Source of the DNA: Candidatus Hydrogenedentota bacterium | GTDB taxonomy: Bacteria > Hydrogenedentota > Hydrogenedentia > Hydrogenedentales > GCA-2746185 | Reading direction: 5' to 3' | Assembly: GCA_046583315.1 (NCBI GenBank) | Contig: JAYGCN010000276.1 | Span: 1 to 18,919, forward strand | Length of the DNA: 18,919 bases | Shown here: positions 8,686-17,021 of the stretch, piece by piece | Position numbering within the stretch: the first letter of the stretch is position 1 | Layout of the letters: each line of letters starts with the position of its first letter | Notes under the pieces: model-generated | Told to the model about the DNA's origin: nothing | Seen by the model: the letters and a program-made list of their open reading frames with translations, nothing else | The model's database searches: none | Program-made: the position numbers and the translations under genes

Positions 8686-8814
8686 TTAGCCTTCGTCAGT
8701 TGTTTCTTCAGCCGCCGGTGTTTCGTCTACAGCATCATCACCAGCATCGTCGCCAGAACATCCTGCGAATCCAACAGCCAGAACGATCATCAAGCTTGCA
8801 AGTAGAGCTCTCAT
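8686..8814 (-). CDS. Small acidic lipoprotein, 42 aa, absent from the ORF track
   Basis: MRALLASLMIVLAVGFAG-C-SGDDAGDDAVDETPAAEETTDEG*: basic residue, hydrophobic core, lipobox FAGC; GGAAAGGGA RBS upstream and terminator downstream. Confidence 0.85.
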   Translation of the reverse strand: MRALLASLMIVLAVGFAGCSGDDAGDDAVDETPAAEETTDEG

Positions 8815-9053
8815 CTTAAAATTCCCTTTCCGTTAACGTTATGAAACCAAGTTACTTGTTAAGGGACTACCTTAACCTAAGGAAACCTGAAAAGTCTAGT
8901 AAAAAGGTAAAGAAATTTTCCTGGCACCGAATACCCCTTTTTCATTGTCCATAATTCGAGCAACTACAGGCGGATACAAGCACTTCATTCACAATTGTGC
9001 GTCCCCATGTTGGGGTCATAAATGGCTTACATCATGGCCTATTCGACGAGTTT

Positions 9054-11132
9054 TTAGAGATCAAGGTCGCGATATTGTTGCAACACTATCGATGTCCGAT
9101 CGCGAAAATAGACCTCCGTCAATCGGCTTCGTTCGGCCTGCCAATGGGCATCCACCGTATACCGTTCAAAGGGTCCCGTTCGATAAGGATGAACAGAAAG
9201 TCGATAGTCGCCCCAGCGAACCGATTCTGCAAAAAGCGGCACCTCAAGTTTTTCGGCGAGTGTCTGATAACGTTCAATATTTCGCGTCGGAGTCAGAGCA
9301 CCGGTTTCGGTCAGATGCAAATTCAGTCGCGCAGAATACCGATCACGAAAATCAGCGTTGCGTCGAAGTGCCTGAAATAGTGCTGTCGGTCGATCGGCGT
9401 TTCGCGTGAACACGCGATTCTCGTTAACACGGTTCATCGATGTCTCCGCATCCCAACAGAAAAACTGAAACCGATGTCCTTCCCCTCGTCGTCGCGCCGC
9501 ATACCAATTCCCGAAGTCCCACGTTTCATTACCGATGAAATGGTTTAAGATGATGAAATCGATAAAGCTGTCCAGATCGATATAGTTTGTAAGTTCCGCG
9601 TACCACTTCGGATCGTCCAACCCTTGATTCGCCAGCGCGAACAAACGTCGCCATACCCGGTTGTTACCCGCGATCACTTCACCGCCCTTGATCACATCAT
9701 ACGCACTTCGTTTCCCGCCAAAGTGTGTCGCCATAAAAGCATCGTCCGGACGCTCCGAAATTGCGTACACGCCCCAATAAAGCCCGTTCAAAAAAAGATG
9801 CGCGAATCGGGAACGCGGTACACGATGCCCCATCGCCGCCTGCGTCGCTTTCACCCAGGGATCACGAAGATACTGCGCACGTTGACGTTGTTCCGCCACG
9901 GGATAGGTCCACGAATGATTGCTCGTTGCCCGCAATACCAGCGTATTGTGCTCCGCATCGGCCGAGTCGTCTTCGAAAATCGGGTGCTGCAATTCTGCAG
10001 GGCCGTATCGCTTCTTAAACACCACGCGAAATGAATGTTTAGGGCTTGTTCGGGGCTGTCGACTGCTTCGCCCCTGAATCTGAATGCCAGTGTCGACTTG
10101 AAAGGGTGGCGTGCGTTCATCGCCAAACCATTCCATCGAAACCGGACTTTCCCAACTTGGGCCGTCTTGCATGGGATTTGTATAAATGCCGCCCTTAGCG
10201 AATAGGTTATCAGGAGTCGTAACGAGCGACAACGTCGGTAAGGCACTCATAGCAATTTGTAGTCGGATTCGCTCCTCTTCAGTGTCGAGAAGTATCGGAT
10301 CCATGTCATAGTCCGCAGGAATACCATCGTGCCAAAATTCAGGAAACGTGGGAGGACGGGTCTGTGTCAGTATGTCTTCCAATCGCAAATACGTCGCCGT
10401 TGTTGAGGTTCCAGCAGACAGCCAACCTTCTTTCACGAATGCAATACGGAGAATGGTCGTGCTGGTAATCGTCAACGAGTCAGATTCGTCGAGGTGTCCA
10501 GCGCCTTCATAGGCGAGTCCTTCACGGCTCGCCAAGTAGTCGATGGACGCACCATCCGGCCTGTTTTTTACTGAAATTGTAAGTGATTGATCGAACCATC
10601 GCCCAGACTCGGATAGTTCAGGAGTGGGCAGGACACCGACATAGGCATTGGATCGATGATTCGAAGACCCCGGCGTCGGGTTGGTAAAGAAGCGGTAACT
10701 ATCTGAGCGTAACCCCCAACCGAGATCGGAATACTGGGGAGGATAGGTTATTTCTGATCGGATAACTCCACTACTGTCTCGTAATGAAATCGATTCGCCA
10801 CTTTTTTTCAACTCGAAATTTGCATGCAACTCGTCGGCAGTTCTGCGGTCCTTGGCAGATGCCCAGATGATAAGATATCCGTCAGGTTGGATGACTACCG
10901 AAGGAAATACCCAGTGCCGTTCGTTTTTGCCGCCATCGGTCAGTGACCAGCCATCGAGATCAACGAGTTCATCGCCGTCGTTGTGGAGTTCAATCCAATC
11001 CGAGAAATCGCCGTCCGCATCCTCAATGATGGTCGCGTTGGACGCGAGAATTTCGTTGATATAGACATCCGAATACCCAGCGAAAGACAGCAATAGGCAG
11101 AACGCGATGACAAGACTTCGAGTGGCAGACAT
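9054..11132 (-). CDS. Secreted CotH kinase family protein with N-terminal lamin tail domain
   Basis: Signal peptide MSATRSLVIAFCLLLSFAGYS; lamin-tail motifs VYINEILASN, SDWIELHN, PTPG; CotH-like motifs IQGRSSR, KHSFRV, YLRD, LFLNGLYWGVY..ERPD, NETW..GNW, WDAE. The ORF-track start at 11408 lies inside the selenoprotein gene and is rejected. Confidence 0.85.
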   Translation of the reverse strand: MSATRSLVIAFCLLLSFAGYSDVYINEILASNATIIEDADGDFSDWIELHNDGDELVDLDGWSLTDGGKNERHWVFPSVVIQPDGYLIIWASAKDRRTADELHANFELKKSGESISLRDSSGVIRSEITYPPQYSDLGWGLRSDSYRFFTNPTPGSSNHRSNAYVGVLPTPELSESGRWFDQSLTISVKNRPDGASIDYLASREGLAYEGAGHLDESDSLTITSTTILRIAFVKEGWLSAGTSTTATYLRLEDILTQTRPPTFPEFWHDGIPADYDMDPILLDTEEERIRLQIAMSALPTLSLVTTPDNLFAKGGIYTNPMQDGPSWESPVSMEWFGDERTPPFQVDTGIQIQGRSSRQPRTSPKHSFRVVFKKRYGPAELQHPIFEDDSADAEHNTLVLRATSNHSWTYPVAEQRQRAQYLRDPWVKATQAAMGHRVPRSRFAHLFLNGLYWGVYAISERPDDAFMATHFGGKRSAYDVIKGGEVIAGNNRVWRRLFALANQGLDDPKWYAELTNYIDLDSFIDFIILNHFIGNETWDFGNWYAARRRGEGHRFQFFCWDAETSMNRVNENRVFTRNADRPTALFQALRRNADFRDRYSARLNLHLTETGALTPTRNIERYQTLAEKLEVPLFAESVRWGDYRLSVHPYRTGPFERYTVDAHWQAERSRLTEVYFRDRTSIVLQQYRDLDL

Positions 11133-11142
11133 CCTTTGTCGC

Positions 11143-11664
11143 TTACTGCTGCACCATCGCGACAATGGCATCAAACGATTCATCGGCGAGCGCGGCAACT
11201 TCTTCATCGGTGCGATCCTGGATGGGATGCTGCACGAATACACGCTCCGGTTTGAATCCAAGCGCCAATTCCTGCGCATCGGCCGCCTGAATGAACTCGG
11301 TGGACGCGATAAAGCCTCCGGGAATGCCACGGCTTTCGAGGTCTGCGATATCGTGCATACTGCACGAGGTGCAAGACCCTCAGTCCGCAAGCGCTTCGAT
11401 GACCACATCGCATTGCGTACTGATGAGTTGCTTTAGATCGACCGGAGCAACCCGCGCAAAAGTGGGTTTTGAATAGCGCTCAACTTTCGCGCCCAGCGCC
11501 ATAAGTTTTTCTTCGATACGATTCAGAAAAACGTCGCCACGTGCCTTGGAAATATCGAGCAGCCCAACCGTTTTTCCCTTGATGCTCTCAAGGCGAGGCA
11601 AACACTCGCGTTGCGCAGCCGATAGCTCTGCGGTCGGGTCAAGTACAATGCGTTCTTCACTCAT
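11143..11664 (-). CDS. UGSC-family selenoprotein, 173 aa, Sec at residue 95 (TGA at 11382-11380)
   Basis: ORFs 11380-11718 and 11143-11358 share one frame: GCG GAC TGA GGG TCT TGC ACC TCG TGC AGT ATG = ALAD-U-GSCTSCSMHD. ATG at 11664 overlaps the upstream stop (ATGA). SECIS-like hairpin follows the TGA. Confidence 0.9.
11338..11379 (-). promoter_or_regulatory. Bacterial SECIS-like stem-loop immediately 3' of the Sec codon
   Basis: GGGTCTTGC-ACC-TCGTGC-(AGTAT)-GCACGA-TATC-GCAGACCTC: perfect upper stem, lower stem GGTCT(T)GC/GCAGACC, apical loop 18 nt from the UGA with G at loop position 2. Confidence 0.75.
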
Positions 11665-13100
11665 TCGGCGATCTCCCGGGTTACGGATATGCTGCCAATC
11701 GGGCCACTCGCGACCCATCCTCCGATTATAGCGGAAAACATGCCCGCTTTACCGCCCGCGCGGGTAATGTGCAAACCGCCCGGCTGAAACTTGGGTATCG
11801 TGACGTCTTTGAGGTGCTCCGGCAAGCCCTCCGCGATGTCCCCGGCCCCCCGAATCAGGTCTTTCCCTTCTCGCATGGTGCGCGCTTCCAGAGCCTGACG
11901 AAACTGCTGCTTGTCCCAGCCCGCTTCATAAAACACCCGCGCATGCTCCGGCGACACCACCAAAAAAGCGTCGGCCGCCATTGCCAGCTTCTTGTGCGCC
12001 ACGGTCATCAACGACTCCGCAAACGTAGCGACGAGAGACTCCGGAGTCCGTGACTGCTGGTCCATAATCCCCTGCACGCCATCGCCCGCAAAAAGAGTAA
12101 CAGTCGATTTCGATTTATCAAAACCTCGCTCCTCATGCAAGGTAATCCAGCGATCATCCGATTCATCCTCCGCGAAACAGAATGTATATTTTCCCGGGTT
12201 ACCCATCGTCGCGCGATCCACACCGCCCGGTTTTCCGCCACCTACGTTTCGAATCACGAGTTGCAACGCACGTCCTATAGTCGCGTTCGCGCGATTGCCT
12301 TGACCCAGCGCGTTGCCACCCGAGTTCATCCCGATGCGTTTCGCAATGGGGCCGTTCACAATCACCACCGGGCCCGAAAACCACGTCGTCGCGAGAAGTC
12401 CATGCATGCAAAATTCATCTTGTAACGCCGCTTCCACGGCCGTGATTACCACCGGCATGTATTCCGGTTTGCACCCGGCCAGCACCGCGTTGATAGCAAT
12501 CTTTTCAATCGTACACGGCTGCAAATCCGGAGGGATATTCCCCACGATTTCATCCGCCTCCCGTTTCGTGCCGCCCAACATAGTCAACACACGTTCCCGC
12601 GTGGGAGGTACGACCGGCAAGCCATCACTCCAGCCGCGCTCATGACACGCCTCCATTTCATCCTCAAGCGACGCGAGTGAAATTGAACGTGCACCGAACT
12701 CCACCTCCCCCAAACGAATCGCCAATCGCTCCGGTACACCCGGCTCAACATTCTTCGAGCCACAACCCGGTCGATGATCCGGCAACCCATCTCCGAGCTT
12801 ATCCGTCTCCGTAAACGCCTGCCACTCCAGCTTGTTCCAGCCGACAATGCGTTTCGACTCCTTGCCACCATCCACGCGAATCAAAGTCGGCACCGTCTCG
12901 ATTTTCATCTGATGCGAAAATTCCAGCGACGTATCATCCACGACATCGCGTATATTTTCCGGAAACCCGACATCATCCTGCGTATAGACCGATATCGGCG
13001 TATCACCTCTTTCGAGATCTTCCAATACCGGCTCAATGAGCGTGCACGTAGGGCAATCCCGCTTCACTACAACCACAAATCCGTCCTTCAACTCAGGCAT
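11661..13100 (-). CDS. Thioredoxin-fold (CPTC) domain fused to a conserved uncharacterised domain (GWSDGLPVVPPT); probable partner of the UGSC protein
   Basis: N-terminal VVVVKRDCPTC, cis-Pro-type ETVPTL, PGCGS linker; C-terminal domain with EKIAINAVLAGCKPEY, GNRANATIGRAL, NPGKYTFCFAE; GGAG RBS. Confidence 0.8.
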   Translation of the reverse strand: MPELKDGFVVVVKRDCPTCTLIEPVLEDLERGDTPISVYTQDDVGFPENIRDVVDDTSLEFSHQMKIETVPTLIRVDGGKESKRIVGWNKLEWQAFTETDKLGDGLPDHRPGCGSKNVEPGVPERLAIRLGEVEFGARSISLASLEDEMEACHERGWSDGLPVVPPTRERVLTMLGGTKREADEIVGNIPPDLQPCTIEKIAINAVLAGCKPEYMPVVITAVEAALQDEFCMHGLLATTWFSGPVVIVNGPIAKRIGMNSGGNALGQGNRANATIGRALQLVIRNVGGGKPGGVDRATMGNPGKYTFCFAEDESDDRWITLHEERGFDKSKSTVTLFAGDGVQGIMDQQSRTPESLVATFAESLMTVAHKKLAMAADAFLVVSPEHARVFYEAGWDKQQFRQALEARTMREGKDLIRGAGDIAEGLPEHLKDVTIPKFQPGGLHITRAGGKAGMFSAIIGGWVASGPIGSISVTREIAE

Positions 13101-13148
13101 AAAATCTTCTCCAATTATAGGGAACTTTAGTGTCCACTAATCCCATAC

Positions 13149-13177
13149 ACCGTAGTTAAAGAGGGTTTCTGTGTCAA
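13149..13177 (-). promoter_or_regulatory. Putative sigma70 promoter of the thioredoxin-UGSC-CotH operon
   Basis: Minus strand TTGACA (13177-13172), 17 nt spacer, TACGGT (13154-13149). Confidence 0.5.
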
Positions 13178-13234
13178 ATTATAAGGATTTCAGGGGGATG
13201 TCACCGATTTTTCGGCAAAAACTACGATTTTCCC

Positions 13235-13263
13235 TTGAGATTTGTGCCGATTCAGGTCAAAAT
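13235..13263 (+). promoter_or_regulatory. Possible sigma70 promoter of the DUF1501 operon
   Basis: TTGAGA, 17 nt spacer, CAAAAT; GGAGGAG RBS further downstream. Confidence 0.3.
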
Positions 13264-13318
13264 AGAGCCTGGGGTTGTACCCCTAACACTTTGAACCCGG
13301 AGGAGTTGTAAAAAATTC

Positions 13319-14659
13319 ATGCCAGGACAAGAGGAAAATGAACCAGCACCGCGAATAGCCTGTACGGGGCCGCTGGATCGTCGAACATTTCTAAAAGTCG
13401 GAGCCATCTCCGGCCTGGGCCTTACGCTGGGGGATTATTTCTCCATGCAGGCGGCAATGGCCAAGGGTGATGGTGCCGCAGTAAACCCCAATCCCAAAGC
13501 TGAATCGGTCATTTTCATTTTTATGGCAGGGGGCATGAGCCATCTCGACACCTTCGATCCGAAACCCTACGCGCCCATCGAGTACCGCGGTGAGCTCGGC
13601 GTACGCAAGACCAATACGGGCGAACAGATTGGTGGACAACTCCCTCGCTTTGCCAACTTGGCCGACAAGTACACCATCATTCGCTCGATGACCCACGGCG
13701 AAGCCGCTCACGAACGCGGCACGCACAATATGTTGACGGGCTATCGTCCCAGCGCGGCGATACAGTACCCAAGCCTCGGTTCGGTCGTTTCGCACGAGTA
13801 CGGCCCGCGCAAAGATCTCCCGCCCTACATCAGCATTCCCAACGCAAACATGCCCGACCTCGGCACGGGGTACCTGAGTTCAGCCTACGGTGCCTTCAGC
13901 GTAGGCGGAGAACCCTCGGCGAGTGGATTCAAGGTGCGCGATCTCAATCTCTCCGGCGGCGTGACATCCGAGCGCATGGAACGCCGAAAGTCACTTCTGC
14001 AAACGGTCGACAGCCATTTCAGCAGTCTCGAAAATACCGACGTGTTGAGCGCGATGGACAGTTACTACCAACGCGCCTACTCATTGATCTCATCACAAAA
14101 CGCGCGCGAAGCCTTTGACGTCGCCGCTGAACCCGATGCCATCAAAGATGAATACGGTCGGAGTGCCTTCGGTCAACGATTACTAATGGCACGTCGCCTC
14201 GTCGAAGCCGGCGCGCGATTCGTTTCTGTCATTGACAGTGGCTGGGACAATCACGTGAAGATAACAGATGCCTTCAAAAGCAAGATGCCAGCCGTCGACC
14301 AAGGACTGTCCACATTGCTGACCGATCTCGAACGACGTGGCCTGCTAGAAAAAACAATGGTCGTACTCTCCACCGAATTCGGTCGCACCGTTAAACTCAA
14401 TGCCGATGGTGGGCGCGACCACTGGCCCAAAGCCTTCAGTATTATGATGGCGGGCGGTGGAATCAAAGGTGGCGTCATACATGGAAAAACAGATCCGCGG
14501 GGTGCCGAGCCGGCCGATAAACCCGTCTCGCCTGAAAGTCTGGCCGCCACCATCTACACACAATTGGGCATCGATCCAGACAAGAAATTGATGAGCCCCG
14601 GCAACCGCCCTGTCTCACTGGTTCGGTTTGCCAAGCCGATCTACGACATCATGGCATAA
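13319..14659 (+). CDS. DUF1501 domain-containing protein with Tat signal peptide
   Basis: DRRTFLKVG twin-arginine motif; SVIFIFMAGGMSHLDTFDPKP, ARRLVEAGARFV, GWDNH, EFGRT, GRDHWP, MAGGGIKGG. Confidence 0.92.
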   Translation: MPGQEENEPAPRIACTGPLDRRTFLKVGAISGLGLTLGDYFSMQAAMAKGDGAAVNPNPKAESVIFIFMAGGMSHLDTFDPKPYAPIEYRGELGVRKTNTGEQIGGQLPRFANLADKYTIIRSMTHGEAAHERGTHNMLTGYRPSAAIQYPSLGSVVSHEYGPRKDLPPYISIPNANMPDLGTGYLSSAYGAFSVGGEPSASGFKVRDLNLSGGVTSERMERRKSLLQTVDSHFSSLENTDVLSAMDSYYQRAYSLISSQNAREAFDVAAEPDAIKDEYGRSAFGQRLLMARRLVEAGARFVSVIDSGWDNHVKITDAFKSKMPAVDQGLSTLLTDLERRGLLEKTMVVLSTEFGRTVKLNADGGRDHWPKAFSIMMAGGGIKGGVIHGKTDPRGAEPADKPVSPESLAATIYTQLGIDPDKKLMSPGNRPVSLVRFAKPIYDIMA

Positions 14660-14666
14660 AGTGAGT

Positions 14667-17021
14667 ATGATGAAGGCTGTATTGACCATAGTAATATGCT
14701 TGCTCGCGACGGACTTCGCTTCGGCAGTGAACCCCTCGTTGAGCACCGTATTGCCGAGGGGCGGACAACGCGGTACCGATGTTGAAGTGACCTTTCACGG
14801 CGGAAATCTTGCCGACGCGCAGGATGTCTTCTTTCACGACGACGGCATCTCCCTAAAAGAAGTAAAAGCCGCCGCCGCCGGAACCTTTACCTGTGTTATC
14901 TCCATCGCGCCCGATGCACGGCTCGGCAATCACCGCGTCCGCGTCCGCACCGCCACCGGTATCTCAAAACTGATTCTGTTCAGCGTAGGCAATCTCGCCG
15001 AAGTGACGGAAGTTGAACCCAATAGTACATCGGCCGAAGCGCAAGTCATCGTGATGAATTCCACTGTAAACGGAACCATTACCAGCGAAGATGTCGACTA
15101 CTTTACAGTAGATGTCGCTGCAAACAGCCGCCTCGCCGTGGAAGTCGAAGCACTTCGTCTGGGAGACACCTTATTCGATTCCAAAGTTCGACTCTTCAGT
15201 CCCCACGGCCACGAGTTGGTCGCCGAAGACGATACCGCGCTCATGCAACAAGACCCCTCCTTCGTGTTTGATGTTACTGAAGCCGGAAAATACGTCATCG
15301 CGCTCAGTGAATCGGCCTACGGCGGCAACGGTAGCTGTCGATACCGCATACACATCGGAGATTTTCCGCGCCCCCTGGCCGTCACACCCATGGGCATCAC
15401 CAAAGGCAGTCCCGTCGAGTTGACCTGGCTCGGCGATTCAAGCATCGGAAAACAGACCCTCACTCTCGACGATGTGCCGCTCGGCATGAGTTCTGTGCTA
15501 CCCGAAAGTGAAAAAGGATTGGCGCCATCACCCGTGCCGTTTCGCGTGAGTGAATATCCTGGTGTGCTCGAAGTCGAACCCAACGCGAACAAAGATGAGG
15601 CGACCTTGGGTACGGTCCCGGGCGCATTCGATGGTGTGATTCAGGAAGCGGGTGACATCGATCATTACGCCTTCGAAGGCAAAAAGGGTCAAGTATTCAA
15701 CGTGCGGGTATGGGCACGTGAAATGGGATCGCCCCTGGACAGCGTCATGGCCCTGCATGCACCCTCCGGTGGACAGATTCTTCACAACGACGATGGTAAA
15801 GGCCTCGACAGTTACGGACGCATCACACTACCCGAAGACGGACGCTACGACCTGTACGTACACGACCAACTGAAACGCGGCGGCGCGGCCTATGCCTATC
15901 GCGTAGAATTGACTCCGATCAAACCCGCATTGCGCACCTACATCACAAAAAGTGAAGTCGCCTCCGCAATCGTGCCCAAGGGAAATCGCATGGTCATGTA
16001 TGTCGGCGTCGGGCGTAGCGATTTCAGTAGCTCCGTCCAACTGACCATCGACAATTTGCCCGCGGGAGTCGTCGCCACATACGCCGAAGTCGCGAACGGT
16101 CAATCCGAAGTGCCAGTCTTGCTCACGGCGGCACCGGATGCCGTCCTGGCCGCAAATCGGGTCGCCATAAACGGCGTGGGCAAGAACGGTGAGACCGTCA
16201 TCGAGGGTACCTTCTTTCAGCAGCTCCCCGTCGTGCTGGGGCGCAACAAAATTGTGATCATGGACACAGACCTGCGCGAAGTCGCTCTGGCAGTCACGGA
16301 TGCTGCGCCGTTCTCTATAAACTTCATTCCTCCCAAGACTCCGGTGATCCAGAGCTCAGTAAAAGATATCAAGGTCGTTGTGACGCGTAACGAAGGATTC
16401 ACCAAGCCGATCAAAGTGACCATTCCCCTCTATCCACCCGGTTTCGCTGGCGGAACACTCAACATTCCCGAGGGACAAAGCGAAGGCACCTTCCGCATTG
16501 AAGCCAAAGGCAACGCGCCACTCGGTGAATCAAGACTGCTCGCCGTCGCCACCAGTGAGGGTTATTCGGTCGCAACCGAATTCACCCCCATCAACGTAGA
16601 GGCCCCCTGGCTGACCATCGCGATGGAGGAGTTGCGATTGGAACAGGGGAAAAACGTCGAGGTACCCATTACATTTACGCACACGAAGGAATATCCCGGC
16701 GAATATGAATTATCCATGCGTCGCTTGCCCAAAGGAGTCACGGTCAAGAATCAGGTTCTCAAACACGGTGTCGAAAAACTTGTGTACCCTCTGACGATAG
16801 CCGCCGATGCACCGGCAGGCAAACACGGCGTTATTGGATTCGCGGTCGACATCCAGGTGGACGGAGAAATCGTGTCCCATCGATTCAATGGAAAGTCGCT
16901 GACCGTATTCAAACCGCTTCCGCCGGCGCTAAAGAAACCGCCGCCGCCACCCGAGCCCGAAAAGAAGAAAGACGAGCCACCCAAACCTAAGCGGCGCACA
17001 CGTTTTCCGGAGACGCAGTAA
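14667..17021 (+). CDS. Secreted PPC (pre-peptidase C-terminal) domain-containing protein with Ig-like regions
   Basis: Signal peptide MMKAVLTIVICLLATDFASA; PRGGQRGTDVEV N-terminus; two EVEPN...(N/D)G.I....D.D.(F/Y) units with LDS/DD motifs; Pro/Lys-rich C-tail. Start may be 14670. Confidence 0.8.
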   Translation: MMKAVLTIVICLLATDFASAVNPSLSTVLPRGGQRGTDVEVTFHGGNLADAQDVFFHDDGISLKEVKAAAAGTFTCVISIAPDARLGNHRVRVRTATGISKLILFSVGNLAEVTEVEPNSTSAEAQVIVMNSTVNGTITSEDVDYFTVDVAANSRLAVEVEALRLGDTLFDSKVRLFSPHGHELVAEDDTALMQQDPSFVFDVTEAGKYVIALSESAYGGNGSCRYRIHIGDFPRPLAVTPMGITKGSPVELTWLGDSSIGKQTLTLDDVPLGMSSVLPESEKGLAPSPVPFRVSEYPGVLEVEPNANKDEATLGTVPGAFDGVIQEAGDIDHYAFEGKKGQVFNVRVWAREMGSPLDSVMALHAPSGGQILHNDDGKGLDSYGRITLPEDGRYDLYVHDQLKRGGAAYAYRVELTPIKPALRTYITKSEVASAIVPKGNRMVMYVGVGRSDFSSSVQLTIDNLPAGVVATYAEVANGQSEVPVLLTAAPDAVLAANRVAINGVGKNGETVIEGTFFQQLPVVLGRNKIVIMDTDLREVALAVTDAAPFSINFIPPKTPVIQSSVKDIKVVVTRNEGFTKPIKVTIPLYPPGFAGGTLNIPEGQSEGTFRIEAKGNAPLGESRLLAVATSEGYSVATEFTPINVEAPWLTIAMEELRLEQGKNVEVPITFTHTKEYPGEYELSMRRLPKGVTVKNQVLKHGVEKLVYPLTIAADAPAGKHGVIGFAVDIQVDGEIVSHRFNGKSLTVFKPLPPALKKPPPPPEPEKKKDEPPKPKRRTRFPETQ

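Noticed and set aside
8922..8940. TGGCAC as a sigma54 -24 element
   Set aside because: No TTGC -12 element at the required spacing.
11380..11382. Nonsense mutation (pseudogene) reading of the in-frame TGA
   Set aside because: The TGA falls exactly at the U of a UGSC motif, is followed by a SECIS-like hairpin, and both halves are otherwise intact.
11133..11408. 92-aa N-terminal extension of the CotH ORF given in the ORF track
   Set aside because: It overlaps the selenoprotein gene in another frame, and the signal peptide begins at ATG 11132.
16910..17000. Pro/Lys-rich low-complexity stretch as a DNA repeat
   Set aside because: It is the coding C-terminal tail of the PPC protein with no regular repeat unit; no CRISPR-like or tandem array was seen anywhere in the window.
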